A stretch of DNA of 64,000 bases from Clostridia bacterium (GCA_017470645.1 JAFUYJ010000023.1:34767-98766), one strand, 5' to 3'; counted from the stretch's first letter, positions 10,537 through 19,457 are shown. The notes: generated by a model from the letters alone, not told the origin. A program made the numbers and translations.

Positions 10537-11694
10537 ATGAGTAATATATACCTAGATAATAAAATAAAAAGTTCATGTAATGGTTGTGGTGTATGTGCGT
10601 TAATATGTCCACAAAATTGCATAAAAATGATTGAAGATAGTGAGGGCTTTTTATATCCTGAGATAGATGAAAATAAGTGTATAAAATGTAATAAGTGTAG
10701 AAGATTGTGTAGTAATAACCCAATATCGAACGAGTTTAGCATACAAGCATATGCAACTAAAAATAAAAATAATGAACAAAGAAAACAAAGTACATCTGGG
10801 GGAATGTTTAAGATTCTTGCTGAATATGTTATTGAAAGGCAAGGTGTTGTCTTTGGGGTTGAAATAATGGATGATTTAAAAGTAGTACATGATTATGCAG
10901 AGAGTATGCAAGAATGTAAAAAGTTTAGTGCATCCAAATATGTTAGAAGCGAATTAAATAATTCTTATAGAAAAGTTAAAGAATTTCTAAATCAAGATAG
11001 ATATGTATTATTTACTGGAACGCCATGTCAAAATGAAGGATTAAGAAAGTTTTTAGGAAAGGATAGTAATAAATTAATTCTATGTGAGATTATATGCCAT
11101 GCCAATCCTTCACCAAAAGTATTTAACATGTATATTAGAAATATAGAAAACAAAACGGGAAAATCAGTAAAAATGATATATTTCAGAAGTAAAAATGCTG
11201 AAATGAATAATTCATCTTATATTGAATTAAAAGATGGTACAAAAATCGCGGATAAATTATATAACAAAGCATTTTCAAGTAAGCAACTTATAAATAGACC
11301 TTCATGCTATAATTGCAAATTTGTTGACGAAAATAGAAAGGCTGATTTTACAATTGGTGATTTTTGGGGAATAGAAAATATCTTCCCTGATTTCAATGAC
11401 AATAAAGGAATTTCTCTTTTGACTGTTAATACAAGTAAGGCAGAAAAAATATTTGAAGAAATAAAAGACAAAATGGATTATAAAAAGGTGGAAATAAAAA
11501 AAGCTTTTGAAAAAAATCATAACTCAAATGTTCCTATAAATCCACATAGAGAAATCTTTTTTGAAAAGATTGCTGCTGGGAAAATAAATGAAAACAATAT
11601 AATTAGGTACATGAAAAAATATACTCGCACAGCGTTATATAAAAAAGTTCTTAATAGAGTAAAAAATCATAATGTTCTTCTCAAAAAAGAATAA
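10537..11694 (+). CDS. 4Fe-4S protein of the coenzyme F420 hydrogenase/dehydrogenase beta-subunit (FrhB-like) family
   Basis: CNGCGVCALICPQNCI and CIKCNKCRRLC ferredoxin motifs, followed by an FrhB-like body (TSGGMF, FTGTPCQ, RPSCYNCKF). This family often accompanies pyruvyl transferases. Start moved to ATG 10537 after GGAG. Confidence 0.55.
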   Translation: MSNIYLDNKIKSSCNGCGVCALICPQNCIKMIEDSEGFLYPEIDENKCIKCNKCRRLCSNNPISNEFSIQAYATKNKNNEQRKQSTSGGMFKILAEYVIERQGVVFGVEIMDDLKVVHDYAESMQECKKFSASKYVRSELNNSYRKVKEFLNQDRYVLFTGTPCQNEGLRKFLGKDSNKLILCEIICHANPSPKVFNMYIRNIENKTGKSVKMIYFRSKNAEMNNSSYIELKDGTKIADKLYNKAFSSKQLINRPSCYNCKFVDENRKADFTIGDFWGIENIFPDFNDNKGISLLTVNTSKAEKIFEEIKDKMDYKKVEIKKAFEKNHNSNVPINPHREIFFEKIAAGKINENNIIRYMKKYTRTALYKKVLNRVKNHNVLLKKE

Positions 11695-11731
11695 ACAGTA
11701 TAAATGAACTAAGTTTCTAAATTATTAAAAC

Positions 11732-11761
11732 AAAAAACTCGCACAACAAGTGCGAGTTTTT
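11732..11761. terminator. Bidirectional rho-independent terminator closing the glycan locus
   Basis: AAAAAA-CTCGCAC-aacaa-GTGCGAG-TTTTT, between convergent genes. Confidence 0.75.
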
Positions 11762-11773
11762 ATAGTGTAGCAG

Positions 11774-12097
11774 TTACAATAGTGAATCAAAAGAGATGAT
11801 TCCATTATTCAACTCATCAGTTAAACGTATATAATCTTTCTTTGTGATTCTGGTTTTGTTATACCGTATTCTCATATTATCCTTGTTAGGACATACAGAA
11901 CGGATAGCTGCTGTGGCTAATTCATCTTCATACTCATAAATGTATCCAGATGAAAAACCACCAATAACATACGAACCATTGCTACCGTTTATTACACACA
12001 GATTAGGAGCTGATTTCAATTTCTTGTTTAATTCAGCTTCCGTTCCCTGAAAATAAAACGGCTGAGGAGCAGGTACATACGCATAACGATAGAACAT
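11774..12097 (-). CDS. Hypothetical 107-aa protein, divergent partner of the KAP NTPase gene
   Basis: GGGGGA sits 7 nt upstream of the ATG at 12095-12097 (MFYRYAYVPAPQPFYFQG...). No family recognised. The longer track ORF (to 12187) lacks a ribosome-binding site. Confidence 0.5.
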   Translation of the reverse strand: MFYRYAYVPAPQPFYFQGTEAELNKKLKSAPNLCVINGSNGSYVIGGFSSGYIYEYEDELATAAIRSVCPNKDNMRIRYNKTRITKKDYIRLTDELNNGIISFDSLL

Positions 12098-12295
12098 AAT
12101 CATGTCCCCCTTCATTAAAGTGTAAAATTGTTTTAACGAATGAACTATAGTGTACCACAAAAGTCTTGTTATGTCAACAATTGACAAGGGAATTATTAAG
12201 CAATTATTGATTGGGTTAAATCAATTTGTATTAAAAAAAATAAATATTATACTTAAAAAATATATCTTAAAAAACAGAAAAATATCCCTAAATCG

Positions 12296-12324
12296 TTGTA
12301 TTTTTCACAAAAATTTGATATACT
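12296..12324 (+). promoter_or_regulatory. Putative sigma-A promoter for the KAP NTPase gene
   Basis: TTGTAT, 17 nt spacer, TGaTATACT (extended -10), about 40 nt upstream of the ATG. Confidence 0.3.
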
Positions 12325-12365
12325 ATATAGTATCTAAAAATATTCGAAAGGATGTTGAATAAAAT

Positions 12366-15323
12366 ATGAGAGAAGAATTAAAAAAATACTTCATCAAAGA
12401 TATTGAATTAAATTCAGTAGATGAAGATATGTTAAGTTCAAAAGACGTAGCAGAAAACATCAATTTAATTATAGACAACACTAAACCATCATACGCCATT
12501 GCTGTAACAGGAAAAACAGGGCTTGGAAAATCATCTATAATTAATTTAGTTACAGAAAAATACGAAGATGATAAAGATAATTACAATGTTAGAAAAATAA
12601 ATGTATGGAAAGATGACGTTTCATTAAAAGATTTATTACAGACTAAATATATAACAAGTGTAGATAAAAATACAGCATATAACAATATGAACTCATCATC
12701 AAATGCTGTTAATATGAGTGCTGAACAAAGACAAGAGATATTAGATAGCATTTATAATCAATCACAAAGTCAAAATGAAAGTGAATTAAAAGAATCTAAC
12801 CAAGATGATTCAATAGATTACAACGAAATAAGCAACAATACAAAAAAATCAACACTAAAAACTTTAAAAGGTATTGGAATAGCAGTATTAACATTTTTAG
12901 TTTGCTTTTTAATAACAAGTATAATATTTGTATTAATGGAGTACTTAACAAGCGCAAATATATACAATAAAAACGATATATTCTTTGTTGAAAATACTTA
13001 TTTAAGCTACAAAGAAAATTTTGGTTTCATAATGGTATTTGCGATAGGTTTAACTTTAATTACGTATATATTAAGAACTCTAATTGCTACAAATCGTAAA
13101 AAAGCAAAATCTATCAAATCAGAAAAAGAATCAGAAATTGGAAATCAAGTAAATTCAGAATATTTAAACAGTAATATTAACTATAATGCTAATTCAGCTA
13201 ACAATTTAAATGAAAATGTATCAATGGTTCAAGTACCAGCACATGCAGTAGAATCTTTCATTGCTGTAAATAGCATTATTGAACCAAATAAAACAAATAT
13301 CATAGTTATAGAAGACGTAGACAAACTACCTTTATTTAAAATGCTTAAATCATTAGAAGATATAAAATATTGTAGTAATTATGAAAATACAATATTCATT
13401 GTACCATTTGATGAAGACGTTTTAAGAAAGGCAATTGAAGCAAGAAATGCATCTAAAACAAGTGCAACATACAAACCTTTAAAATTTGAAAAAGTTTTAG
13501 ATAAAATATTCCAATTCAAAGTTTATGTTCCACGTATTTCAAATGGAAATATAAAAGATTATGCATTAGATCTTGCAAATGACTCAATACCTGATTTCAT
13601 CGAAGATTATAGCAATAAAGATATGTTAAAAAGAGTTATAAAAAATGTATTAATTTATAAAAATGTTACAACACCAAGACATGTTAAGAAATTGATAAAT
13701 CAATTTGTTAATAATAAATTATTAATTACAGCAAGAGTTAAAAACGAAAAAGTTAATGAAGATATTATTAAAGCAAACAATTTTGATTTACAGTTAGCAA
13801 AATTAACTGTATTACAATCAGACTTTGACGAGTTTTATGATTTATTATTTGCAAACACTGAATATTTGGAAATATTAACAAAGTTATGTTGCTTAGAACC
13901 AGCTGAACTTGTAGATGTTTATGAAGGAATTGATGATGAATTAAAACCATTCTTTACAGTAAAATATAGACCATTAAGAAACTTCTTGAAACAAACAAGA
14001 AATTATGAAATTGAAAACATTGCAACTTTAATGTATCTAACAAAAATTAAAGCTGAAATGATGTTCAAAGATAAAAGTATATATAGCTATGTTTCAGGTG
14101 AAGAAGATGTAGCAGAACTACGTATTCAAGATGTTCTAGAGTTAGTGAAATCATTAGAAGATAAAGAGGATTTAAGTGAATTCGCATCTAACAACTATGA
14201 AAAATTATTAGAGAAATATGAAGAAAAAGCTTCAAACAAAATTTTCTATACTAATATGAATGAAATAACAGACGTTTTATATGATTATATTGATGAACCA
14301 CATTACACAAGATATTTGGAAATAGTTGCAAATAATTACAATTATTATCCAGAAGAAGCGTTTGAAATGTTTAAAAACACAGAAAATGAAATACCAGTAA
14401 GTGTAATGAATGTATTGTTTGAAAAAATGAATGAAGGATTATCAAAAGATAATTTTGATGAAACTTTTGATTTCCTAAGAGATAACTGTGATGCTTTCTT
14501 TGAAGAAGGTGGAAATGTATCTGGTTATGTCCAATTCTTAGTAGACAATATTGCGTTATCATCTAATCCAACAGAAGTAATAAATGAATTAGACGATAAC
14601 TTTACTAGAATAGGAAAAGTATATGACTTATATGAAAACATTCAAGGTTTAGAAAATTTAGATTATGATGTTGCATATAAATTTATTTCTAAATGCTTAG
14701 ATAATAGTGATTTAGATAAAATGGTTAACGTTATGAATAGCATTTTATCTAATGAAAATTCAGTTGAAAATTGCATAAGCATTGAAAAGAATATGAATAA
14801 TTACAATTTAGTTGATGTAATTGAATGCAATGTTGATGATATAATTGATTACGATTACATGAACAAAAAGAAAAATGCTAAACAAGAAGATTCAGAATCA
14901 GAAGATGAAGAGGATGTTGATGATAATAAAGATTCTGAAGAAAATGTAGAAAATGAAGCTGCATATGAAAATGCAAAATTCATTGAAGGAAATTATACAT
15001 TACTAAAGAATCTATTAGAAGTATGTAGTGTAAAACAACAATATTTAGCACCAGAAGATGTAATGAAAATAACTGAAAAAGCATTATTAAATAACAGTTC
15101 AGAATACTTATTAGAAGTATATGCTATGCTAAATAAATTCGACAGAATGTACTTCTATGAAATAAGAAGAGATTTCAATGATGTTATATACACAAATTTC
15201 CACAATACACAAAATGAGGATGTAAAAAATACAGCTGTAGAATGTACAAAATACTTCAAGAATACTCGTTTATTTAAAATGAAATTAACAGAGGACGAGG
15301 TAAAATACTATAGCGAGAATTAA
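12366..15323 (+). CDS. KAP-family P-loop NTPase with transmembrane helices inserted in the NTPase domain, plus a long helical C-terminal region
   Basis: Walker A GKTGLGKS at aa 49-56. Two hydrophobic helices at aa ~169-192 and ~219-241. Walker B IIVIEDVD at aa 312-318. Then IFIVPFDEDVLRKAIEA...KFEKVLDKIFQFKVYVP, which parallels the KAP conserved block. Confidence 0.65.
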   Translation: MREELKKYFIKDIELNSVDEDMLSSKDVAENINLIIDNTKPSYAIAVTGKTGLGKSSIINLVTEKYEDDKDNYNVRKINVWKDDVSLKDLLQTKYITSVDKNTAYNNMNSSSNAVNMSAEQRQEILDSIYNQSQSQNESELKESNQDDSIDYNEISNNTKKSTLKTLKGIGIAVLTFLVCFLITSIIFVLMEYLTSANIYNKNDIFFVENTYLSYKENFGFIMVFAIGLTLITYILRTLIATNRKKAKSIKSEKESEIGNQVNSEYLNSNINYNANSANNLNENVSMVQVPAHAVESFIAVNSIIEPNKTNIIVIEDVDKLPLFKMLKSLEDIKYCSNYENTIFIVPFDEDVLRKAIEARNASKTSATYKPLKFEKVLDKIFQFKVYVPRISNGNIKDYALDLANDSIPDFIEDYSNKDMLKRVIKNVLIYKNVTTPRHVKKLINQFVNNKLLITARVKNEKVNEDIIKANNFDLQLAKLTVLQSDFDEFYDLLFANTEYLEILTKLCCLEPAELVDVYEGIDDELKPFFTVKYRPLRNFLKQTRNYEIENIATLMYLTKIKAEMMFKDKSIYSYVSGEEDVAELRIQDVLELVKSLEDKEDLSEFASNNYEKLLEKYEEKASNKIFYTNMNEITDVLYDYIDEPHYTRYLEIVANNYNYYPEEAFEMFKNTENEIPVSVMNVLFEKMNEGLSKDNFDETFDFLRDNCDAFFEEGGNVSGYVQFLVDNIALSSNPTEVINELDDNFTRIGKVYDLYENIQGLENLDYDVAYKFISKCLDNSDLDKMVNVMNSILSNENSVENCISIEKNMNNYNLVDVIECNVDDIIDYDYMNKKKNAKQEDSESEDEEDVDDNKDSEENVENEAAYENAKFIEGNYTLLKNLLEVCSVKQQYLAPEDVMKITEKALLNNSSEYLLEVYAMLNKFDRMYFYEIRRDFNDVIYTNFHNTQNEDVKNTAVECTKYFKNTRLFKMKLTEDEVKYYSEN

Positions 15324-15332
15324 AACCTTTAA

Positions 15333-15397
15333 GAAAACTTTTGGGGACACTGGCAGAAAGTTCCAATGATATGGAATTTTTAGTCAGTGTCCCTTTT
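15333..15397. repeat. Family-B palindromic intergenic repeat (partial copy), acting as the terminator between the KAP gene and yabG
   Basis: GAAAACTTTTGGGGACACTGGCAGAAAG...TAGTCAGTGTCCCTTTTT. The left arm is nearly identical to the left arm of the element at 38823-38894. Confidence 0.7.
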
Positions 15398-15418
15398 TAA
15401 TCATAATTTTCAATTTTT

Positions 15419-16216
15419 TTATTTCAGTTTCTTGCCAAAAACTCCAATGCCACTTATTCCTTTTTGTCCATCACGCAATTCATTCTCAAAATCTCTTATA
15501 GTAATAAATTTATTTCGATCTGTAATTGCGATATTTGCAGCTACAATTAGAGGATCAACAAAATCTATCAAAATTCTAGCAGGGGAAGAAGCAAAATTAG
15601 CTCCTGCTTGTATAATTGCTTCATAATAACTTTGACATGCACCGGCAAAAATAGCTAAATTGTTGCTATAATGTTCCCAAGTTCTTGCAGCTAGAACAGT
15701 TTTTACAAAGTAAGCAGAATTTCTATAATTATATATATCATTAAAACCAGTACCTCGTTTAATCATACCATCATGACCTGTAATAATAAGCACATCCGGT
15801 TTATATCTATCTAACAAATTTCTTACTAATAAATGTTGTCTATTTTCCGCAATGTTCTTTACAATAGCGTTAATACCCATTTCTCTATAATATCTCATGG
15901 ATTTTTGAGAGTACCTACTATCACCATCTAAATGTAAAACTTTTCCGTAATCATTAGATTTCTTTAAACGTTTTGTATATTTATTTAAATACGAAAAAAG
16001 CCTGTCTTCAAGGCTTTGTACATTTGACTTTGCAATACGTTTATCAATAATTTCCAAATCTTTAACAGGACTATCAGCCTTAATTCTCATGGTTAAACCT
16101 TTTAAAATAGCAATTTGGGTATTGTCATTTAACTTTATAATTCTATCAACAATAAAAATAATATCTTTCCCATACGATATTCTTCCAACAATATCTCCCT
16201 TCTTAATTTTTTTCAA
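15419..16216 (-). CDS. yabG: Sporulation-specific protease YabG
   Basis: KGDIVGRISYGKDIIFIVDRI, VLHLDGD, VLIITGHD, IFAGACQSYYEAIIQAGANFASSPARILI. Collinear with B. subtilis YabG. TTG start. Confidence 0.85.
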   Translation of the reverse strand: MKKIKKGDIVGRISYGKDIIFIVDRIIKLNDNTQIAILKGLTMRIKADSPVKDLEIIDKRIAKSNVQSLEDRLFSYLNKYTKRLKKSNDYGKVLHLDGDSRYSQKSMRYYREMGINAIVKNIAENRQHLLVRNLLDRYKPDVLIITGHDGMIKRGTGFNDIYNYRNSAYFVKTVLAARTWEHYSNNLAIFAGACQSYYEAIIQAGANFASSPARILIDFVDPLIVAANIAITDRNKFITIRDFENELRDGQKGISGIGVFGKKLK

Positions 16217-16524
16217 CTACAACACATCCCTCCATTTTAAGCAGGTTATTATATAATATGTCGGAAAATGTCGAATGGTTAAAATACTTTTAGGGGGGAG
16301 AGAGAAACTTTGTGGGCGACTTACGAAAGTTTCCATCAAGGCTAAACATAATTCTGTAATATTTTTGTAATATAAATGAAACAAAAAAGTAACAATAAGC
16401 AAATCAAACCTTAAAACGCTTGAAAATACTGATTTGTAGCGTTTTGATTGCCACTCAACCATTTTGACAAAATTCGCCTCAGATGCTATAATCAAAGTAT
16501 CTTAAAGAAGTAGGTGATTGTTAA

Positions 16525-16830
16525 ATGATTTGCAAAAATGATATTTCAAATATTAAAGCAGATATTGAAGAAATGAGTGGCAACAAACAACGTATAATTG
16601 TTAAGGGGTCTCTAGGAAGGAGTAAATCGTTTGAAAAACAAGCTACAGTAGAGAAAGCATACCCTAATATGTTTATTGTTAAATATGATAATGAAGATAG
16701 GAATGCAACTTGGAGTTATATAGATGTATTAACTAGAACTGTAGAACTAGAAATTTTTGATGGAGAAAAATATAATCCATTATTACCACCACTAGCAGCA
16801 GACGTAAAAAGAGCAAAAGCAACATTATAA
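16525..16830 (+). CDS. veg: Veg (biofilm formation stimulator, DUF1021)
   Basis: ISNIKADIEEMSGNKQRIIVKGSLGRSKSFEKQATVEKAYPNMFIV...SYIDVLTRTVELEIF. The yabG-veg adjacency matches Bacillus. Confidence 0.8.
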   Translation: MICKNDISNIKADIEEMSGNKQRIIVKGSLGRSKSFEKQATVEKAYPNMFIVKYDNEDRNATWSYIDVLTRTVELEIFDGEKYNPLLPPLAADVKRAKATL

Positions 16831-16855
16831 AATGAACTAATTGAATATTTATGAA

Positions 16856-16886
16856 ATCAAGAGAATTTATTTCTCTTGATTTTTTT
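16856..16886 (+). terminator. Rho-independent terminator of veg
   Basis: ATCAAGAGA-atttatt-TCTCTTGAT followed by TTTTTT. Confidence 0.75.
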
Positions 16887-16890
16887 GATT

Positions 16891-16950
16891 TTAAATTTGG
16901 GACGGTCCTTTTTTTTAAATTTTTGAAAAAAAGGACCGTCCCAAATTTAA
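16891..16950. repeat. Family-A palindromic intergenic repeat
   Basis: TTAAATTTGGGACGGTCCTTTTTTTT-aaatttttg-AAAAAAAGGACCGTCCCAAATTTAA. Related copies at 24182-24225 and 40015-40070. Confidence 0.85.
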
Positions 16951-17013
16951 AAAAGTCATAAAACAATTTTCATCATAATATACTTTACTAAATAAAAAAT
17001 AGGAGGTAGAAAA

Positions 17014-18543
17014 ATGGCTATAGAAACATTAAAAGAAAACTTATGTGTAAACCAAATAATTGGAAAAGCTAAAGAAAATATAGAAGCTGAAGGCGATGTA
17101 ATAATTCCAGACATAAAACCAGATATATTAAGTACCATCAACACAAACGGAACAGTATGCATTTATAAAAAGGAAATACAAGATGGAAAGATTAGAATTG
17201 ATGGTGGGGTACAAGTATATATTATGTATTTAGCAGATGATGAAAGTAGTAATGTTAGAGGATTAAATACTGTTATAGATTTTACAAAAGTTATTGATAT
17301 GGAAAAAGCAAGTCCAACGATGAATTTAGAAAGCAATATAAACTTGAAGGATATTGAATGTAAAATTTTAAATGGAAGGAAAATCAGCATTAAGGCAAAT
17401 ATAGAAGCGGATGTAAGTTTGTATTCAAATGAAAATATAGAGTTTATAAAAGGAATTGAAAACAGAGAAGATATACAAGTTTTAAACACTTCTTCAACAA
17501 TAGATTCCTTATTAGGAACAGGAGTAACAAAAGCATACGCAAAAGATACTATAACTATAGAAAATACTGATAATTTTGCTGAGATTTTAAAAGTAAATTT
17601 CAATCTAACAAACAGAGAAGTAAAAACAAGCTATAATAAAGTATTAGCAAAATCAGATATGCAGGTAAACATTGTGTATCTAACGGAAGATAATAGAGTT
17701 AATGAAGTGAATTGGCAAATTCCAGTTATGGGATTTATAGATATACAAAACATTTCAGATGATAATGTATGCAACGTAAATTATGAAATAAAAAACATTT
17801 TAATAAAACCAAATTCAACAGAAGAACATTCGATATATGTCGAAATTGAGCTAGAAATATCTTGTAATGTTTATGAAAAAAAAGAATTGGATATAATACA
17901 AGATTTATATAGTCCTACTGAAAATTTAAACAGTAGTCAAAAAAATATTACTGTAATGCAAGATAAAAAAACAATAACAGATAAATGCCAAGTGAAGGAA
18001 AGAATGTTTATTCCAGAACTACAAAATTCAAGAATATGTAATACAGAAGTTAATCCAAAAATAACAAAGCAGAATATATACAATGATAAAATAATGTGTG
18101 ATGGTGAATTGAAAATTCAATTTATGTTTATATCAGCTACAACAAACAGAGTGGAACTTAAAACACAAACCGTACCTTTTAATGTAAATATAGATTGTCC
18201 AGGAGTTTCATCAAATTCAAATTTAAATACAAATATTGAAATAACAAGTAGAAATATAGAATTATTACCAGATGGAAATGTAGATGCAACTATTGAATTA
18301 GCAGTAACTTCTGATTTATCGAAAATGATGGAAGTTAAAGTTATTGACGATATAGAAAATGTAGAGAATAATGAAGAAAATATTTATAGCATAGTAGTTT
18401 ATTTTGTAAAGCCAGGAGATACATTATGGAATATTGCTAAAAGATTTAGAAGTACAATAACTGCAATTGTTTCTGTAAACGGAATTGAAGATGAGAATAA
18501 AATAAATGTTGGACAGCAGTTGTTTATTCCAAAGTTTGTTTAA
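17014..18543 (+). CDS. DUF3794 (SPOCS)-domain protein with C-terminal LysM domain, probably spore-envelope associated
   Basis: N-terminus IGKAKENIEAEGDVIIPDIKPDILSTI (DUF3794-like). C-terminus YFVKPGDTLWNIAKRFRSTITAIVSVNGIEDENKINVGQQLFIP is a LysM domain. AGGAGG ribosome-binding site. Confidence 0.6.
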   Translation: MAIETLKENLCVNQIIGKAKENIEAEGDVIIPDIKPDILSTINTNGTVCIYKKEIQDGKIRIDGGVQVYIMYLADDESSNVRGLNTVIDFTKVIDMEKASPTMNLESNINLKDIECKILNGRKISIKANIEADVSLYSNENIEFIKGIENREDIQVLNTSSTIDSLLGTGVTKAYAKDTITIENTDNFAEILKVNFNLTNREVKTSYNKVLAKSDMQVNIVYLTEDNRVNEVNWQIPVMGFIDIQNISDDNVCNVNYEIKNILIKPNSTEEHSIYVEIELEISCNVYEKKELDIIQDLYSPTENLNSSQKNITVMQDKKTITDKCQVKERMFIPELQNSRICNTEVNPKITKQNIYNDKIMCDGELKIQFMFISATTNRVELKTQTVPFNVNIDCPGVSSNSNLNTNIEITSRNIELLPDGNVDATIELAVTSDLSKMMEVKVIDDIENVENNEENIYSIVVYFVKPGDTLWNIAKRFRSTITAIVSVNGIEDENKINVGQQLFIPKFV

Positions 18544-18560
18544 TGTGTTTAGGAGATTAA

Positions 18561-19389
18561 ATGGATAAAATATATTCAAGAAAAAGATTTTTAATTCCAA
18601 AACTAAGAAGAAGTAGGAGAAGTAGGGGAATTGGCAATATTTTCTCAAACAGGAGCTGGAGAGTCAAAGGTTTAAATGGAAGTATTGGAAGTGGGAATAG
18701 TGGAAATAGGAAAGTTGAAAACAATTTAAATAGTAATATGGAAAAAATAATAAGTAAAAAGACTATAAAAACAGCAATAATAGTTATTATTGCTGTTTTT
18801 ATGGCAAATAGAATTATTTCAACTATTGAGCCAACTATGGATATTCTGTGTAGAGATATGGCAAAATCTATTGCAACAGAGGTTTCAAATGAGCAGGCCA
18901 CTGTTGTTATGCGGTAATTATAAATATGAGGATATATCAAATGTTATTCGAGATGAACAAGGAAATATAAAAATGATTCAAATGAATGTAATAACAGTTA
19001 ATGCAATAACTTCAGATGTAGCAATAAAAATTCAGCAAGAATTAAATAATTACAAGAGTGAAGAATTTTATATAAGACTAGGTACTTTTACTGGAACAAA
19101 AATTTTAGCAGGAAGGGGACCAAACGTACCAATTAAAATGTCAACTATTGGAAATGTAGATACAGAGCTGGTTTCTCAGTTTTCTCAGGCAGGAATTAAC
19201 CAAACATTACATAGGATTTATTTGAATGTTAGTTGTACGGTTACTGTTTTAACACCGTTTGATTCAATTGAACAGAAAATTACAAATCAAGTTTTGATTG
19301 CAGAAGCGGTTATTTTAGGAGATGTTCCAGAAACATATTACAATTTAAATGGAGTGAAGAGTGATGAGTTAATTGAGTTGGTTGAGTGA
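18561..19389 (+). pseudogene. yunB: Sporulation protein YunB, split by a +1 frameshift near 18912-18917
   Basis: ORF 18561-18917 carries the TM anchor and IEPTMDILCRDMAKSIATEV. ORF 18790-19389 carries YEDISNVIRDEQGNIKMIQMN...IRLGTFTGTKILAGRGPNVPIK...GINQTLHRIYL...AVILGDVPETYY. Skipping one nt at ATGCGG|T|AATTAT joins them as ..VVMRNYKYEDIS.. Confidence 0.75.
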
Positions 19390-19457
19390 GATAGTGAGAT
19401 AGTGTGATAATTTTATAAAATAAAAACCCTTGGATATTTCCAAGGGTATATTTGATA

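Noticed and set aside
12150-12362. A 70-aa plus-strand ORF upstream of the KAP NTPase gene.
   Set aside because: It occupies the promoter and leader region, has no Shine-Dalgarno, is lysine/isoleucine-rich low-complexity sequence, and overlaps the discarded 5-prime extension of the minus-strand ORF.
16217-16495. A 92-aa minus-strand ORF in the yabG/veg divergent intergenic region.
   Set aside because: It has no ribosome-binding site and implausible composition. It overlaps the promoter region and a degenerate family-B repeat, and the yabG TTG start with GGAGGG is already accounted for.
18790-19389. Treating the second yunB ORF as an independent gene starting at ATG 18790.
   Set aside because: The first ~40 codons of that ORF overlap the upstream frame and look non-native (MLFLWQIELFQLLSQLWIFCVEIWQ). 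YunB similarity begins only at the frameshift point, so it is the 3-prime part of one disrupted gene.
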